64,000 nt of DNA, from the IMG/VR virus record IMGVR_UViG_3300028608_000006, positions 1 to 64,000 of that record; one strand, given 5' to 3'. The stretch's first letter is position 1. Every line of letters begins with the position of its first letter. Below, one piece after another: positions 47,351 through 57,109 of this stretch. The notes below the pieces were generated by a model. It was not told where the DNA came from and made no database searches. It saw only the letters and a list, made by a program, of their open reading frames with translations. A program made the translations under genes and the position numbers.

Positions 47351-49519
47351 ATGGCTACGGTATCCACACGAGATCGGGACATTATCACGAAATCGTTTCG
47401 TATGCTGACCCGAGGGATTCCTCCAAGTCAGCTGTTGGAAAAGTTGGACTGGGATAACTACTTCAACGTATTTTCCAGTGCAACAGGCGACAACCGTTAC
47501 ATCAACCCGATTGCACAATTCAGTCCTGCAACAGATCCACGTTACGGCCGTCTCATGGTTACCTCCGAAGGTGGCATGGGCAGCATGTGGAAGGACATGT
47601 ACGAAGACAACGTCACCCTGCTCACCTTAACAGCAGGCGTGCCACAATTTGCGGGGCTGCTCAGTTTTATCACCAACATGTTCAGCCCTACTGCGGCGAT
47701 CATTGCGAACAAAGGTCGCGCACCCGGCTTGGCGTTCTACATGGGCCAAGCGGCAGGCTCCATCGCGTTTGCCGGCATTCAGATGATGTCGATCAGCGTT
47801 CAGTTCTTGGCGTTCATCATGGACTCCCCAAGAAACAACTTCTACACTATTAAACCGTCAATGGGTGCTTACACCATGGCGGCAACAGGCGTGCTCAACG
47901 ACCTGATGGTGAAGCTGGGTTACATCGATCCAATCCTGCCGAAGCGTGCTCAGGAACAGCAGGACCCGTTGTACGGTCTGAAGCCTGACTACGACAACAG
48001 CAACTCCGTGGCCAGCCTCAGTCTGTTGATGCCTGACGTGGTTAACAGCGACGGCACCATCGATTTGATGCGTCTGGTAATGAAGGGGACGCGTAAGCAT
48101 CGCAAGATGCTGAAGAAGCTGACAGAGCTGGACAACGAGACTCTGAGTACACCGGACGAGAAATTGGTCCGGGCTCAGCAGTTGATGGAAGAGATTACGT
48201 TTGGTCAAGACGTGATTTCGGGTTCTCCTTCTCAGAGCTACATTGAAGCCGAGATGGGAACCGTTGGTAAGGTCCGTGGTGAAGACGAAGGTAACTTCAG
48301 TGAGCAGGACAGCGCTTACACCAACAGGGCGGCTTACGAGAACACCAGCAACGCTGGCGTGGGTGTGGCTGACTTAGGTGTGGCTGGAGCTGCTGCTGCG
48401 GCTGCTGGCGGTGGCGCTAGTCCTCAGGGCATGGGCGAGACGACCTCTTACGGTTCAGGTCCCGCCATTAACCCGAACGAGAACGCGGGTCGTCCTCAGA
48501 CTGCTACACCAGGGGCTAACCCTAACGTGGCGGGTGGTCAACAAGAGTACTACGCGGATGACCCGAACGACCGTACGTGGGCGGGTGATGTTTATGACCT
48601 TGTTCAAACAGCAATCTACGGTGGTATGGATGCGCTCACTTTCCGTGTTGAGACCAGTTCTGGCTCTATTACTGACAGCTTTAGTAGCAACCACGGGCCT
48701 TCACCAATGGCGGAGAAGTTCAACTCCATTGTGTCTTCGGCTAACGACTTCAAATTCGACGTGGCTGGTGGTGCAACGGGGATCGGCATCATCGACTCCG
48801 TGGTTAACACAATCAAGGAAGGTGCAATTGGTGCCTTGTCAGGTTCCGTTATTGGGAACATTCCACTCGCGCTAGTGAACAACTCGTACGTGAAGATCCC
48901 GGACCACTGGACTGGGGCCACGAGCAACCTGCATACTGAAAGTTACGAAATGAACTTCCAGTGCAACTACGCTCACCCGTACGAACAGATCATGAAGATC
49001 TGGGTGCCGTTTGCGTTGATCCTCCCACTGGTGGCTCCATTCAGTTCGGGCGGTTCGATGTACACCGCTCCGTTCTACGTGAAAGCCTTCTGCCAGTCTC
49101 GTTCGATTATTCGGACAGGTCTGGTGAGTTCTGCTCGCTTTGTATTCGGTGATGGTGAAGCCGGTTGGACCAAAGACCGTAAGCCGTTGAACCTCAAGAT
49201 CACTCTTGAGATCGCGGACATGGAGCCTCTGGTGTCTGTCCCAATCGACCGCTCCATGAGCCTGCTGCGTCTGACCAACCCAGCCGACGTTGCGCAACGT
49301 ATCTTCTCTGACGATACCGCGTACAACAACTACCTCAGTCGTTTGACCGGTGTAAGTTACCTCGACACCGTAATGCGTTATTCCCGTATCAACCGTCAAC
49401 TGACGGGTGTGGTATTGGACATGAAGCAAAGCATCCGGGCTGACAACATCGCCGCGAAGATCTCTGACTCCGTAGTGGCTGACTTGGCGCGTATCTTCAC
49501 CAAGCCTATTTCCCGATAA
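47351..49519 (+). CDS. tail/baseplate structural protein (phiKZ gp182-like, 722 aa)
   Basis: Follows the tape measure; GGNRYINP..QFSP.TDP-like N-terminus; start moved to ATG 47351. Confidence 0.7.
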   Translation: MATVSTRDRDIITKSFRMLTRGIPPSQLLEKLDWDNYFNVFSSATGDNRYINPIAQFSPATDPRYGRLMVTSEGGMGSMWKDMYEDNVTLLTLTAGVPQFAGLLSFITNMFSPTAAIIANKGRAPGLAFYMGQAAGSIAFAGIQMMSISVQFLAFIMDSPRNNFYTIKPSMGAYTMAATGVLNDLMVKLGYIDPILPKRAQEQQDPLYGLKPDYDNSNSVASLSLLMPDVVNSDGTIDLMRLVMKGTRKHRKMLKKLTELDNETLSTPDEKLVRAQQLMEEITFGQDVISGSPSQSYIEAEMGTVGKVRGEDEGNFSEQDSAYTNRAAYENTSNAGVGVADLGVAGAAAAAAGGGASPQGMGETTSYGSGPAINPNENAGRPQTATPGANPNVAGGQQEYYADDPNDRTWAGDVYDLVQTAIYGGMDALTFRVETSSGSITDSFSSNHGPSPMAEKFNSIVSSANDFKFDVAGGATGIGIIDSVVNTIKEGAIGALSGSVIGNIPLALVNNSYVKIPDHWTGATSNLHTESYEMNFQCNYAHPYEQIMKIWVPFALILPLVAPFSSGGSMYTAPFYVKAFCQSRSIIRTGLVSSARFVFGDGEAGWTKDRKPLNLKITLEIADMEPLVSVPIDRSMSLLRLTNPADVAQRIFSDDTAYNNYLSRLTGVSYLDTVMRYSRINRQLTGVVLDMKQSIRADNIAAKISDSVVADLARIFTKPISR

Positions 49520-49525
49520 GGCGGT

Positions 49526-49570
49526 TATAACCCCCTACCCACCCTGAGAAGGAGTGGGTAGGGGGTTATA
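49526..49570. terminator. bidirectional hairpin between convergent genes
   Basis: TATAACCCCCTACCCAC...GTGGGTAGGGGGTTATA, 17-bp perfect stem. Confidence 0.8.
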
Positions 49571-49579
49571 GTTGCTTGC

Positions 49580-50683
49580 TTACAAATCGATCTGAGGTGC
49601 GTTCTTCAATACACGCTTCAATTCAAACACCGCATTGCGTTCGGTAAACATACCGGCGGTGGCAATCATCGGGATCAAGTAATCAACGGTGCTCAACAGT
49701 TCGATCATGTCAGAGCTGGCCGTGTTGATCAGTGTCAAGTCATACGCCATACCGAATTGGGTATACGCCATCCACCAGTCCGGACCACACACCTTGGTCA
49801 GGATAAACAACAGCTTGTCCCGGAGGATAGGGTAGTCTTCCGGATACACGTCATCGTCGAAGCGGAAAGAACGGAAGATGGTCTTGATGAACTCAGGGTA
49901 ACCGGCATTGATTGCGTTGATCCCGCTTTGGTCCAACAGCGCCAGCACTGCATCAATACTTTCGATGTCACCGTTGGCGATCATGGTCCGAACACTGTCC
50001 ACCATGATCTGCTGAGCAGTACGACGATCCTTATAAAGGTCGTAGATGGACTTGTAGCTGTCCTTCATACCCAACTGAGCGGCCATCTGCATAACCGAGT
50101 TGTACATGGCATGCTGAACACTGGTGTCAATGAATTCGTTGATGCCCGTGAACTTGTTGATCAGGCTCAGAGTTTCACGACCTACTGAGGTACGCCAGTT
50201 CTGGTTAACCCGGAAACCTTTACCGTCCGATGTAATCAGACCGTTGATGTTGGTACCCGTGATGTTCTTGAACTCAGTGGAGATCATCGAAGCCAGCTTA
50301 CGCATAGCCGATGTCTTACCGCTAACAGGAACACCCATCTGACCCGAAGCAGACGACAGGATCGAGTCATCACTCAGGGTTACACCGTTGGGACCGATCT
50401 TGATCGCCTTGGTGATCGCCTTGGTGTTCAACAGACCACCGGACAACATACCGATGATACCGTCCAACTCAGACACCGCACTGGACTTGTACTTGGTGAT
50501 TGTGCCTTTAACCGAAGTGTCCTGTGGCTTAACCAGTGCCACGCCTTCCTTGAGCTTATCACCCGTTACATCCATCGGGGTGAGAACGCCTTCCTTCACC
50601 GTACCCATCTGGGTGTTGGTTTGTTTCTTAAACATGCTTAGGCTGTTGCCAAGATCCAGCCCGTCGAAAATGCCACCAGCCAT
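49580..50683 (-). CDS. probable virion structural protein (367 aa)
   Basis: AAGGAG RBS before ATG 50683; adjacent to the tail block. Confidence 0.5.
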   Translation of the reverse strand: MAGGIFDGLDLGNSLSMFKKQTNTQMGTVKEGVLTPMDVTGDKLKEGVALVKPQDTSVKGTITKYKSSAVSELDGIIGMLSGGLLNTKAITKAIKIGPNGVTLSDDSILSSASGQMGVPVSGKTSAMRKLASMISTEFKNITGTNINGLITSDGKGFRVNQNWRTSVGRETLSLINKFTGINEFIDTSVQHAMYNSVMQMAAQLGMKDSYKSIYDLYKDRRTAQQIMVDSVRTMIANGDIESIDAVLALLDQSGINAINAGYPEFIKTIFRSFRFDDDVYPEDYPILRDKLLFILTKVCGPDWWMAYTQFGMAYDLTLINTASSDMIELLSTVDYLIPMIATAGMFTERNAVFELKRVLKNAPQIDL

Positions 50684-50749
50684 AACAGACTCCTTGAACA
50701 AAAAATAAAAGAAGTAGCAGGTGGGCAGCCGAAGCCACCCACCTTTTAC

Positions 50750-51196
50750 TCATGCTTTAGGATCTTCGGACTCGTCGTGCTTTTTGCCCCGATGACTACC
50801 CATGACCCCGATGACTTCTTCAACGGTATGGACGTTCCCCTCTTCGTCGGTAACCGTGATGGTAATCACACATGACTTCATACGTAAAATTGACAGGCCT
50901 TCCAGAAATTTGTTAAATGTAAGGTTGGGTTTCTGGAAGTACGTGTCTTTGATGTTGCCTGCTCGGGTGATGCGATCTGCCTTGGCTTTGTCGCGGTCAT
51001 CGGTAGTAATGACCCAGTCTAAGTAATCCCGTAGAAGTTGTGTCCATCTACGGGGGTTCATGTCCAGCTTCTTTAACAGCAGCCGGAATAACCGTGCGGG
51101 TGTATCCTGAAGTTTGTCGTCTTCCACGTATTTGTGAGAGACGCTACTCAGCATGCTCGCCTTTAACTCCCTACCGTTCTTTTTCATGGATACCAT
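50750..51196 (-). CDS. hypothetical protein (148 aa)
   Basis: GGAG RBS; downstream of the early promoter at 51813. Confidence 0.65.
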   Translation of the reverse strand: MVSMKKNGRELKASMLSSVSHKYVEDDKLQDTPARLFRLLLKKLDMNPRRWTQLLRDYLDWVITTDDRDKAKADRITRAGNIKDTYFQKPNLTFNKFLEGLSILRMKSCVITITVTDEEGNVHTVEEVIGVMGSHRGKKHDESEDPKA

Positions 51197-51779
51197 TTAT
51201 CTCCAAATCGAGTACGATACGAAGAGCTTGAATAAGGTCCAACACCAGGAGTTTGAAATACCTACTCGATAGAAATTCCTGGGTGCTGTAACTCACTGCC
51301 AGCTCCTTAGCGGTGTACACATGACCGTCGTCAGAACGAGGGTTCATCTTAGTATAGAGATCTAACAGCCAGATCGTTCCACCGATGAAACCATCGAAGC
51401 TTTGCTTGTTGCTGTACCAGTTGAGGAAAGGACTGGGGGTTTCTTTTATGGTGTCTTTGAAGAACTCTTCGACCTTAGGACCACCTATCCCTCTTAGGCG
51501 TTCTAACAGTCTGTGAGCCTCACCAGAGGTCTTTGTGTAGGCAACCAGCGTCAGCGTATGGTAAGCCTTAAAGTCCTCGTTAAGCGTGTAATCAAAGCCT
51601 TCCAACGAATCGTATAGATGGTGTAGATTGTGACTGAACCGAATCGTGGGAGAGCTAAAGCCTTTTTCCACTAAATCGAATTTTTCAAGGAGCTGGTTTG
51701 CCAGAGTTAACCTGATCTTCTTCCCCACAAAAGGCCAGTTGGACATCAGCCTTAACATCGCCAGCTTAGTTATTGCCAT
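51171..51779 (-). CDS. hypothetical protein (202 aa)
   Basis: GGAG RBS; first gene after the early promoter. Confidence 0.65.
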   Translation of the reverse strand: MAITKLAMLRLMSNWPFVGKKIRLTLANQLLEKFDLVEKGFSSPTIRFSHNLHHLYDSLEGFDYTLNEDFKAYHTLTLVAYTKTSGEAHRLLERLRGIGGPKVEEFFKDTIKETPSPFLNWYSNKQSFDGFIGGTIWLLDLYTKMNPRSDDGHVYTAKELAVSYSTQEFLSSRYFKLLVLDLIQALRIVLDLEINGIHEKER

Positions 51780-51812
51780 TGCAAGCGTACTCCAATTCTC
51801 TTAACTGTACTA

Positions 51813-51829
51813 GTAATATAGGTTTGAAA
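51813..51829 (-). promoter_or_regulatory. early promoter
   Basis: Minus strand TTTCAAACCTATATTAC. Confidence 0.75.
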
Positions 51830-51834
51830 TTATT

Positions 51835-52335
51835 ATGGACGGACAATACGAATCAAAGCCCCCAGCGTCTATCGAGCCTTCCCTTGAAATGCAAGCCATC
51901 ATGGAGAAGATGCGCAAAGCCATGGAGGACAACCCTGAGGACATCGATCAGACAGCTTTGATCAAAGTCATTCAGGAAAACCGTGCGAACATCCTGCAAT
52001 ACGCGATGGGTCAATACCTGCAAAACCCAAAGAGCGCTTCCCTGCTGGAAGGTGTGACGTCTCTCATCGGTCAGATGGAAAGCACTGTGCGTAATGACCG
52101 TAAGGAACGTGCGAAGAAGAAGGATGCCGAGAACAACGTGCTCTCCTTCAACCAGATGCTGGATGCGATGCAGAACATCTCCAACGGCGCGATTGTTATC
52201 CCGCACTTTGATATGTCGGACTTTATCCTGGATCCAAGTAAAACTCTGCTGACGCAGGCGGATGTAGCGCCGATCAAGCCAGAGGAGTTGGTACAGGGGA
52301 ACGAACTTATCGATATAGATGGCAACGCGGTTTAA
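51835..52335 (+). CDS. conserved helical hypothetical protein (166 aa)
   Basis: Clean biased ORF ending at a hairpin. Confidence 0.7.
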   Translation: MDGQYESKPPASIEPSLEMQAIMEKMRKAMEDNPEDIDQTALIKVIQENRANILQYAMGQYLQNPKSASLLEGVTSLIGQMESTVRNDRKERAKKKDAENNVLSFNQMLDAMQNISNGAIVIPHFDMSDFILDPSKTLLTQADVAPIKPEELVQGNELIDIDGNAV

Positions 52336-52346
52336 ACATAAATAAC

Positions 52347-52378
52347 CTAACAGTGCAGGGTCGCCCCTGCACTGTTAG
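52347..52378. terminator. bidirectional hairpin between convergent genes
   Basis: CTAACAGTGCAGGG-tcgc-CCCTGCACTGTTAG. Confidence 0.8.
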
Positions 52379-52386
52379 TAATGTCA

Positions 52387-53127
52387 CTATGCCTTTGGTG
52401 GTTCGAAATCGTAGAAGGCGTGGCTGATAGGAATCAGCTTAAACACATGGGCGAGTGTCAACGAGTACGCGTAGATGCGATCGGCAACAGCCCCTGTGAA
52501 TCCTTCCACTTCCCGGCTGAGGATGTCCGGAACCACAAAGGTTACTTCAGGGATGGGCATGGACTTGATCGTCGTCTGGAGGTGAGCGCCGGCTTCCGCC
52601 AAGACGTCATACTTGAACACGTAGTTGTACTGACGGTAGAACGCCGGTCCAGCTTCGGTCGTGTCACTGAACTGCAACTTGATATCAAAGCGACCACCAA
52701 ACAACGAGTTGCAGTAAGCCAAGAACTCATCCTGCATCGCGTCATCGAACTCATAAGGGAACGTGTTGACGTACAACGTTACCCCTTTGATATCAAGAGG
52801 CTTCTCGTCAAGGTGTTCCAGCTCAACGATCTTCCGGAACAACGTCCGACATAACGACGTCGGGTAGAACATCAGCCAGTGTTCCAGCTTGGCTTCTTTC
52901 ACCAGAGCATCGATCTTCGCCTTGGTAATCCCCACATGAGGATAATCGAAGGTGTCCATACGACGCTCTTCATAATTGCGGGCAATGTGCAGATCCCACA
53001 ACCGATCACCTTCACGGGCGCGCAGCACGTCGTCGGTAATCCCCTCGGTCAGCAGCCACTGAATCAAGCCACGCCGCATGTCATACATGCTTTGTACTTC
53101 GGTGTAGACCTTCAGGTTACGGTTCAT
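52387..53127 (-). CDS. conserved hypothetical protein (246 aa)
   Basis: ATGA overlap with the upstream gene; biased codons. Confidence 0.7.
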   Translation of the reverse strand: MNRNLKVYTEVQSMYDMRRGLIQWLLTEGITDDVLRAREGDRLWDLHIARNYEERRMDTFDYPHVGITKAKIDALVKEAKLEHWLMFYPTSLCRTLFRKIVELEHLDEKPLDIKGVTLYVNTFPYEFDDAMQDEFLAYCNSLFGGRFDIKLQFSDTTEAGPAFYRQYNYVFKYDVLAEAGAHLQTTIKSMPIPEVTFVVPDILSREVEGFTGAVADRIYAYSLTLAHVFKLIPISHAFYDFEPPKA

Positions 53128-53561
53128 GCCTCACCGTCCTTAGCAGGCGCCAGCGCATCACGCGGCATGACAATCCCATTGATGTTGATTGCGTCCAGGT
53201 ACACTCGGAAAGCCAACGCTACAACAAAGCTGGTGTCCTTGAAGCGCTCCGGATCGAACACCGCCACGTCAGCACCCTCAGTGCCCTTGAGCACCGTGCG
53301 GAACATTTCGCCGAACTGAGGGATAGCGTCTTGGTCATCCTGAAGCTCGGTGTACACCTGGATCTGGATGTTCATCCAGCGGTCATACAGTTCCGAACTC
53401 TTCGCCACCGTTTCGATGAAGTTCTTGTAAGCCTCATCGAAAACCACCAGTGGTTTGTGGAACATGCTACCCATCGGAACAATGATGTCTTTACGACCAT
53501 CATGATTGATGTTGACGTAGACGCGCTCGATAACCGTCTTGAGTGCAATCAGTTTATCCAT
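53124..53561 (-). CDS. hypothetical protein (145 aa)
   Basis: Start moved to MDKLIAL at 53561. Confidence 0.65.
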   Translation of the reverse strand: MDKLIALKTVIERVYVNINHDGRKDIIVPMGSMFHKPLVVFDEAYKNFIETVAKSSELYDRWMNIQIQVYTELQDDQDAIPQFGEMFRTVLKGTEGADVAVFDPERFKDTSFVVALAFRVYLDAININGIVMPRDALAPAKDGEA

Positions 53562-54237
53562 GACGTTTATCCATGTTGTTGTCGATGTGGCGACCACGCA
53601 TGATGTGGTGGGCAGTTTCCAACACTTTAACGATCGTGCCTTTACGCAGGCTACTGTTGGTGTTGGTCTTACCCGTAGTCAGCAGGTCGTTCTTGTAAGC
53701 CTTCAAGGCGTCCAAGTCACCACCCTTCACGTTGTACAGTTCGTTGGCCATGGTGTACAAGCCCAGGTTACGCAGTACCGTGATTTCCGGTTGACTGATA
53801 CCTGTGCTACGAGAGTCGCCCATGACCTGCCCGGTGAGGTCGTCGATGCTGTAGTCGTCCTTTGCCGCGCCAAACTTCTTGACGAGCATCTGACGCTGCT
53901 TCCGCGCCTCAGCGGTACCGATGATGGCCGAGTACTCCGTCATCGATTTAATCCCGGTGTCTTCATCGTAAACGATCAGACGTTGAACCGCGTTAACCCC
54001 GTACTCGTCGCAGAGCTTCAGCAGGTTATCGAAGTCCAGTTTTTCCTTTACATCAAAACTGCTTGCCCAGATGGAGAGGGGCATGCCTTGTTCAAGCTTC
54101 ACGACGAACTCTTCGATCTGCTTGTCGGACATAGGCTTGAGCAGGCGCTCGTAAATAACCTTGTTACCCCCACCCTTTGTTAACCGTGCCATGAAGCCAT
54201 AGATGAAGTCTTCAAAGCCTTTGCGATTGCCTGCCAT
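53554..54237 (-). CDS. virion RNA polymerase beta subunit C-terminal fragment (phiKZ gp149-like)
   Basis: DDLTGQVMGDSRSTGISQPEITVLRNLGL...ELYNVKGGD parallels the RpoB C-terminal GG.R.GEME..AL...G...E.L..KSDD. Confidence 0.75.
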   Translation of the reverse strand: MAGNRKGFEDFIYGFMARLTKGGGNKVIYERLLKPMSDKQIEEFVVKLEQGMPLSIWASSFDVKEKLDFDNLLKLCDEYGVNAVQRLIVYDEDTGIKSMTEYSAIIGTAEARKQRQMLVKKFGAAKDDYSIDDLTGQVMGDSRSTGISQPEITVLRNLGLYTMANELYNVKGGDLDALKAYKNDLLTTGKTNTNSSLRKGTIVKVLETAHHIMRGRHIDNNMDKRHG

Positions 54238-54239
54238 GA

Positions 54240-54611
54240 TTACTTCCTCGGGTACTTGTAGTGGGTGGAAGTTTTGCTGGCGGTAGTGACGACTTCTTTT
54301 GCTGCCAAGATGAACGGATCATTCTCGTTCACACTGATCACCATGAGCTCGTCGAACAGCATGGTGGAGTTTTCCAACGTTTGACTGAACAAAGTTTTGT
54401 TACGGTCTTCAACGTCCAACGTTGGCATTTCTTTATCGATGTTGCTAATCCCGTACTTGCCGGTAACGGTGTACAGCAATGCGTCGCCCTTTCTGTTGGT
54501 AACCACACGCTCTTTCAACAGATTAACATACTCAACAGGGTCTTTACACAGGTTGACAAAGTTGCTGTCTGCCACGACCAAAATGATGCTCGCGCAAGGA
54601 ATCGGGTCCAT
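54240..54611 (-). CDS. hypothetical protein (123 aa)
   Basis: Operonic with the RNAP fragment. Confidence 0.65.
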   Translation of the reverse strand: MDPIPCASIILVVADSNFVNLCKDPVEYVNLLKERVVTNRKGDALLYTVTGKYGISNIDKEMPTLDVEDRNKTLFSQTLENSTMLFDELMVISVNENDPFILAAKEVVTTASKTSTHYKYPRK

Positions 54612-54682
54612 TAGTTTACATCCTCGAGTCTATAAAGGCGAAGGAGTGCCATGTAGTATGAACACTCCCCGCTTCGTAACTA

Positions 54683-56140
54683 CTACGCTGCTTTACCCGC
54701 AGCTTCTTTTATCCAGTACGGCTTGCGTTCGCCCAGAGCAACTTTCAGCAGCTCCATGGTGGACACAGTCGACTTCTTGATGTCAGGGTTGGTGAACCAG
54801 TAATCCACGGTGTTCTCGAGGATATCGTTCCAGTCAATGCCCTGATCTTTGATCTTGGTGTACAGTTCTTGCGGGGTGATGCGGTACTTGTGGTCGAGTT
54901 TCAACCAGAAGGTTTGCATGAACCACATCTGGTAGCAGATACCGAGCGCACGCAACAGCTTCTTGTCGTCGGTGGTCTTACGCCAAACGGTGGTACGACC
55001 CAGCTTGCATTCCGGGTACAGGACACAGGCATGGCTAACCACGCTGCCTTCCAGACCGAACATGTTGGAGGATTTCATAGCATGATACATGCTCAAACCC
55101 TCTTGGATCCCTAGAGACTGGGAACCAATAAAGAACAAGCTACTACCAGAAGAGCCACTCTTGTTACGGAAAACGCTAGTTGTGTAGAAAAGCAGATCAG
55201 GGTTTTCTTTTGCATCTTTACCAATTACCACGTCGCTGCCGAACGGATTAGGGTACATCCATTCCTGGCCAGATTTGAGCGCACTGCCCTTAATGATCCG
55301 GTAACCGATCTGAGGAATACGCAGCAGGGATTTAGGTCCCTTGAGCTTCTTGCCCTGACCGATGAACACGGTTTCCTTTTCCAACGGCTGACCTGTCATG
55401 TTGACAATGTCAGTTACTTGAGCGGTGGTCACTTGATACGCACCGAACTCACCACCCAGCACATCGCAGTCTTCATAGACGATACGACGCTGGTTGCCGA
55501 TCACGAGGTCACGCGTCTTCTGCGCACCACCGGTGTCGACTTCTTCTTCCTGGAACTTGGCCGATGTTTTGGCGAAGTGCATTTCCGAGATGGAGTCGGT
55601 AATGGTCAGGATAGGAGAAATGATCTTCATCTGCAAACCGTCGTTACCTGCATACGGTGTTGCGATGTAGATGTCGTGCTTGGCCTTGATCGCTTCTTTG
55701 ATCTCGCCATGACGATCTTTGAACCACTGGTGAACGAAGTTACCGTCACATGGGTTCTGGATATCGTTTCGACTGAAATAGAAGAAGCGGACATCCATGA
55801 TGAATTCAGCGAAGTAACCCGGGATACCCATCTCACGATCGACTTCATCAGCCAGACGGCTAACGTTGAAGGTCGCTTCGATGTCAAAGAACACAACGAT
55901 GGACGTGTGATAACGAACCAGAGTACGCGCCATCATCAATACGCACTGACCGGTCTTTTGGGTGTTGTTACCACCTGTGACCGCGTTGTTCCGGCAGATA
56001 CCGCCGTTCATGTAGGTAATGCCATCAGGACCTACCAAGAACTCGCCGTTGATCATGTCCATCATCGGGGAGTACTGGAGTGTCGCGATTACCGTATTGG
56101 AAGACTTCTGATTCTTTGCCCAACTATGCGGAGTTGTCAT
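54683..56140 (-). CDS. UvsX/RecA-like recombinase (phiKZ gp152-like, 485 aa)
   Basis: TGGNNTQKTG P-loop variant, FFDIEAT, ITDSISE Walker B; synteny; start moved to ATG 56140. Confidence 0.75.
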   Translation of the reverse strand: MTTPHSWAKNQKSSNTVIATLQYSPMMDMINGEFLVGPDGITYMNGGICRNNAVTGGNNTQKTGQCVLMMARTLVRYHTSIVVFFDIEATFNVSRLADEVDREMGIPGYFAEFIMDVRFFYFSRNDIQNPCDGNFVHQWFKDRHGEIKEAIKAKHDIYIATPYAGNDGLQMKIISPILTITDSISEMHFAKTSAKFQEEEVDTGGAQKTRDLVIGNQRRIVYEDCDVLGGEFGAYQVTTAQVTDIVNMTGQPLEKETVFIGQGKKLKGPKSLLRIPQIGYRIIKGSALKSGQEWMYPNPFGSDVVIGKDAKENPDLLFYTTSVFRNKSGSSGSSLFFIGSQSLGIQEGLSMYHAMKSSNMFGLEGSVVSHACVLYPECKLGRTTVWRKTTDDKKLLRALGICYQMWFMQTFWLKLDHKYRITPQELYTKIKDQGIDWNDILENTVDYWFTNPDIKKSTVSTMELLKVALGERKPYWIKEAAGKAA

Positions 56141-56248
56141 CTGTTTAATGTTCCCCAATATTTTATGACTTTAACGAGAGGGGCTGAATGCCCGAAACAA
56201 TGGGCGAAATGCGGCCCTTTCTAAACTATACTGATGCCGAGGTCAGTG

Positions 56249-57049
56249 ATGGAAAATTACATCCAACTTGTGAAACAACCAGCACCCTTTACTGTTCAAG
56301 GCTTCGAAGCTCTCAGCATTGGTGAAAGCTTCAACCTGTTCTTCAAAGAACTCAACTCATCTGTGGACAAGCGACTGGCATTGCTGAGCAAGTCCGTCCA
56401 CAAGGTCGACATCGGTGGCGCCGAGAACAACGTAAAGACCAAGAAGCTGCTTTACGTCAAACTCGCCGGCACCATGCTGTTGACCCCACAAGGTTATCGC
56501 TCCGGTATGGCCAACATGGCGGCGCACAGCAAAGCAGTCAGCGGCGGCGTCTACATTATCAGCAGCCTGAAAACCGAAGCGTCAAGGCTATATCATTGGT
56601 TGAAACAAATCCTGAAAACAGGACGTCTCGACCAATCGTTCCGCTGGACCGTAACCGACTTTGATCAAGCCCTTACCCAGGCTGAAAACTTCATCAAGAA
56701 CCTGCCGGCTCAAGACACCCAAGCGAAGTTTTCTCTCGGGCAGGTCTACGTCAGCTTCGAAGAGTTCTTTGAAGTCACTGCCAACTTCAACAACGCAGTC
56801 GGCATGCTCAACGCTCGTGACGTCGAACTCACCGCGAAAGAACTGAGCAACGTTTACGACCTAGGCACCCTGCTGGTCAACAAGATCCACGCCAACGACA
56901 TCGTGTTGAAAGAAGAAGCTATCGCTGATATCGAGAGCGTAGTGAACCGTTTCGTCGAGCTGACCAACATTGCAGGCGCGATGATGGTGTTGCTGAACGA
57001 GTTGACGGCCGTCTTCACCGACCAAGCCAAGACCATCGCCAAGCTGTAA
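56249..57049 (+). CDS. probable virion structural protein (phiKZ gp153 position, 266 aa)
   Basis: GAGG RBS before ATG 56249; contains a GFE/AxE-type protease site near the N-terminus; synteny. Confidence 0.55.
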   Translation: MENYIQLVKQPAPFTVQGFEALSIGESFNLFFKELNSSVDKRLALLSKSVHKVDIGGAENNVKTKKLLYVKLAGTMLLTPQGYRSGMANMAAHSKAVSGGVYIISSLKTEASRLYHWLKQILKTGRLDQSFRWTVTDFDQALTQAENFIKNLPAQDTQAKFSLGQVYVSFEEFFEVTANFNNAVGMLNARDVELTAKELSNVYDLGTLLVNKIHANDIVLKEEAIADIESVVNRFVELTNIAGAMMVLLNELTAVFTDQAKTIAKL

Positions 57050-57067
57050 AAACGGCATAAGCGGACC

Positions 57068-57103
57068 ATAACCCTGAGGCCGACACACTGGCCTCAGGGT
57101 TAT
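57068..57103. terminator. bidirectional hairpin between convergent genes
   Basis: ATAACCCTGAGGCC...GGCCTCAGGGTTAT, 14-bp stem. Confidence 0.8.
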
Positions 57104-57109
57104 AGCTGT

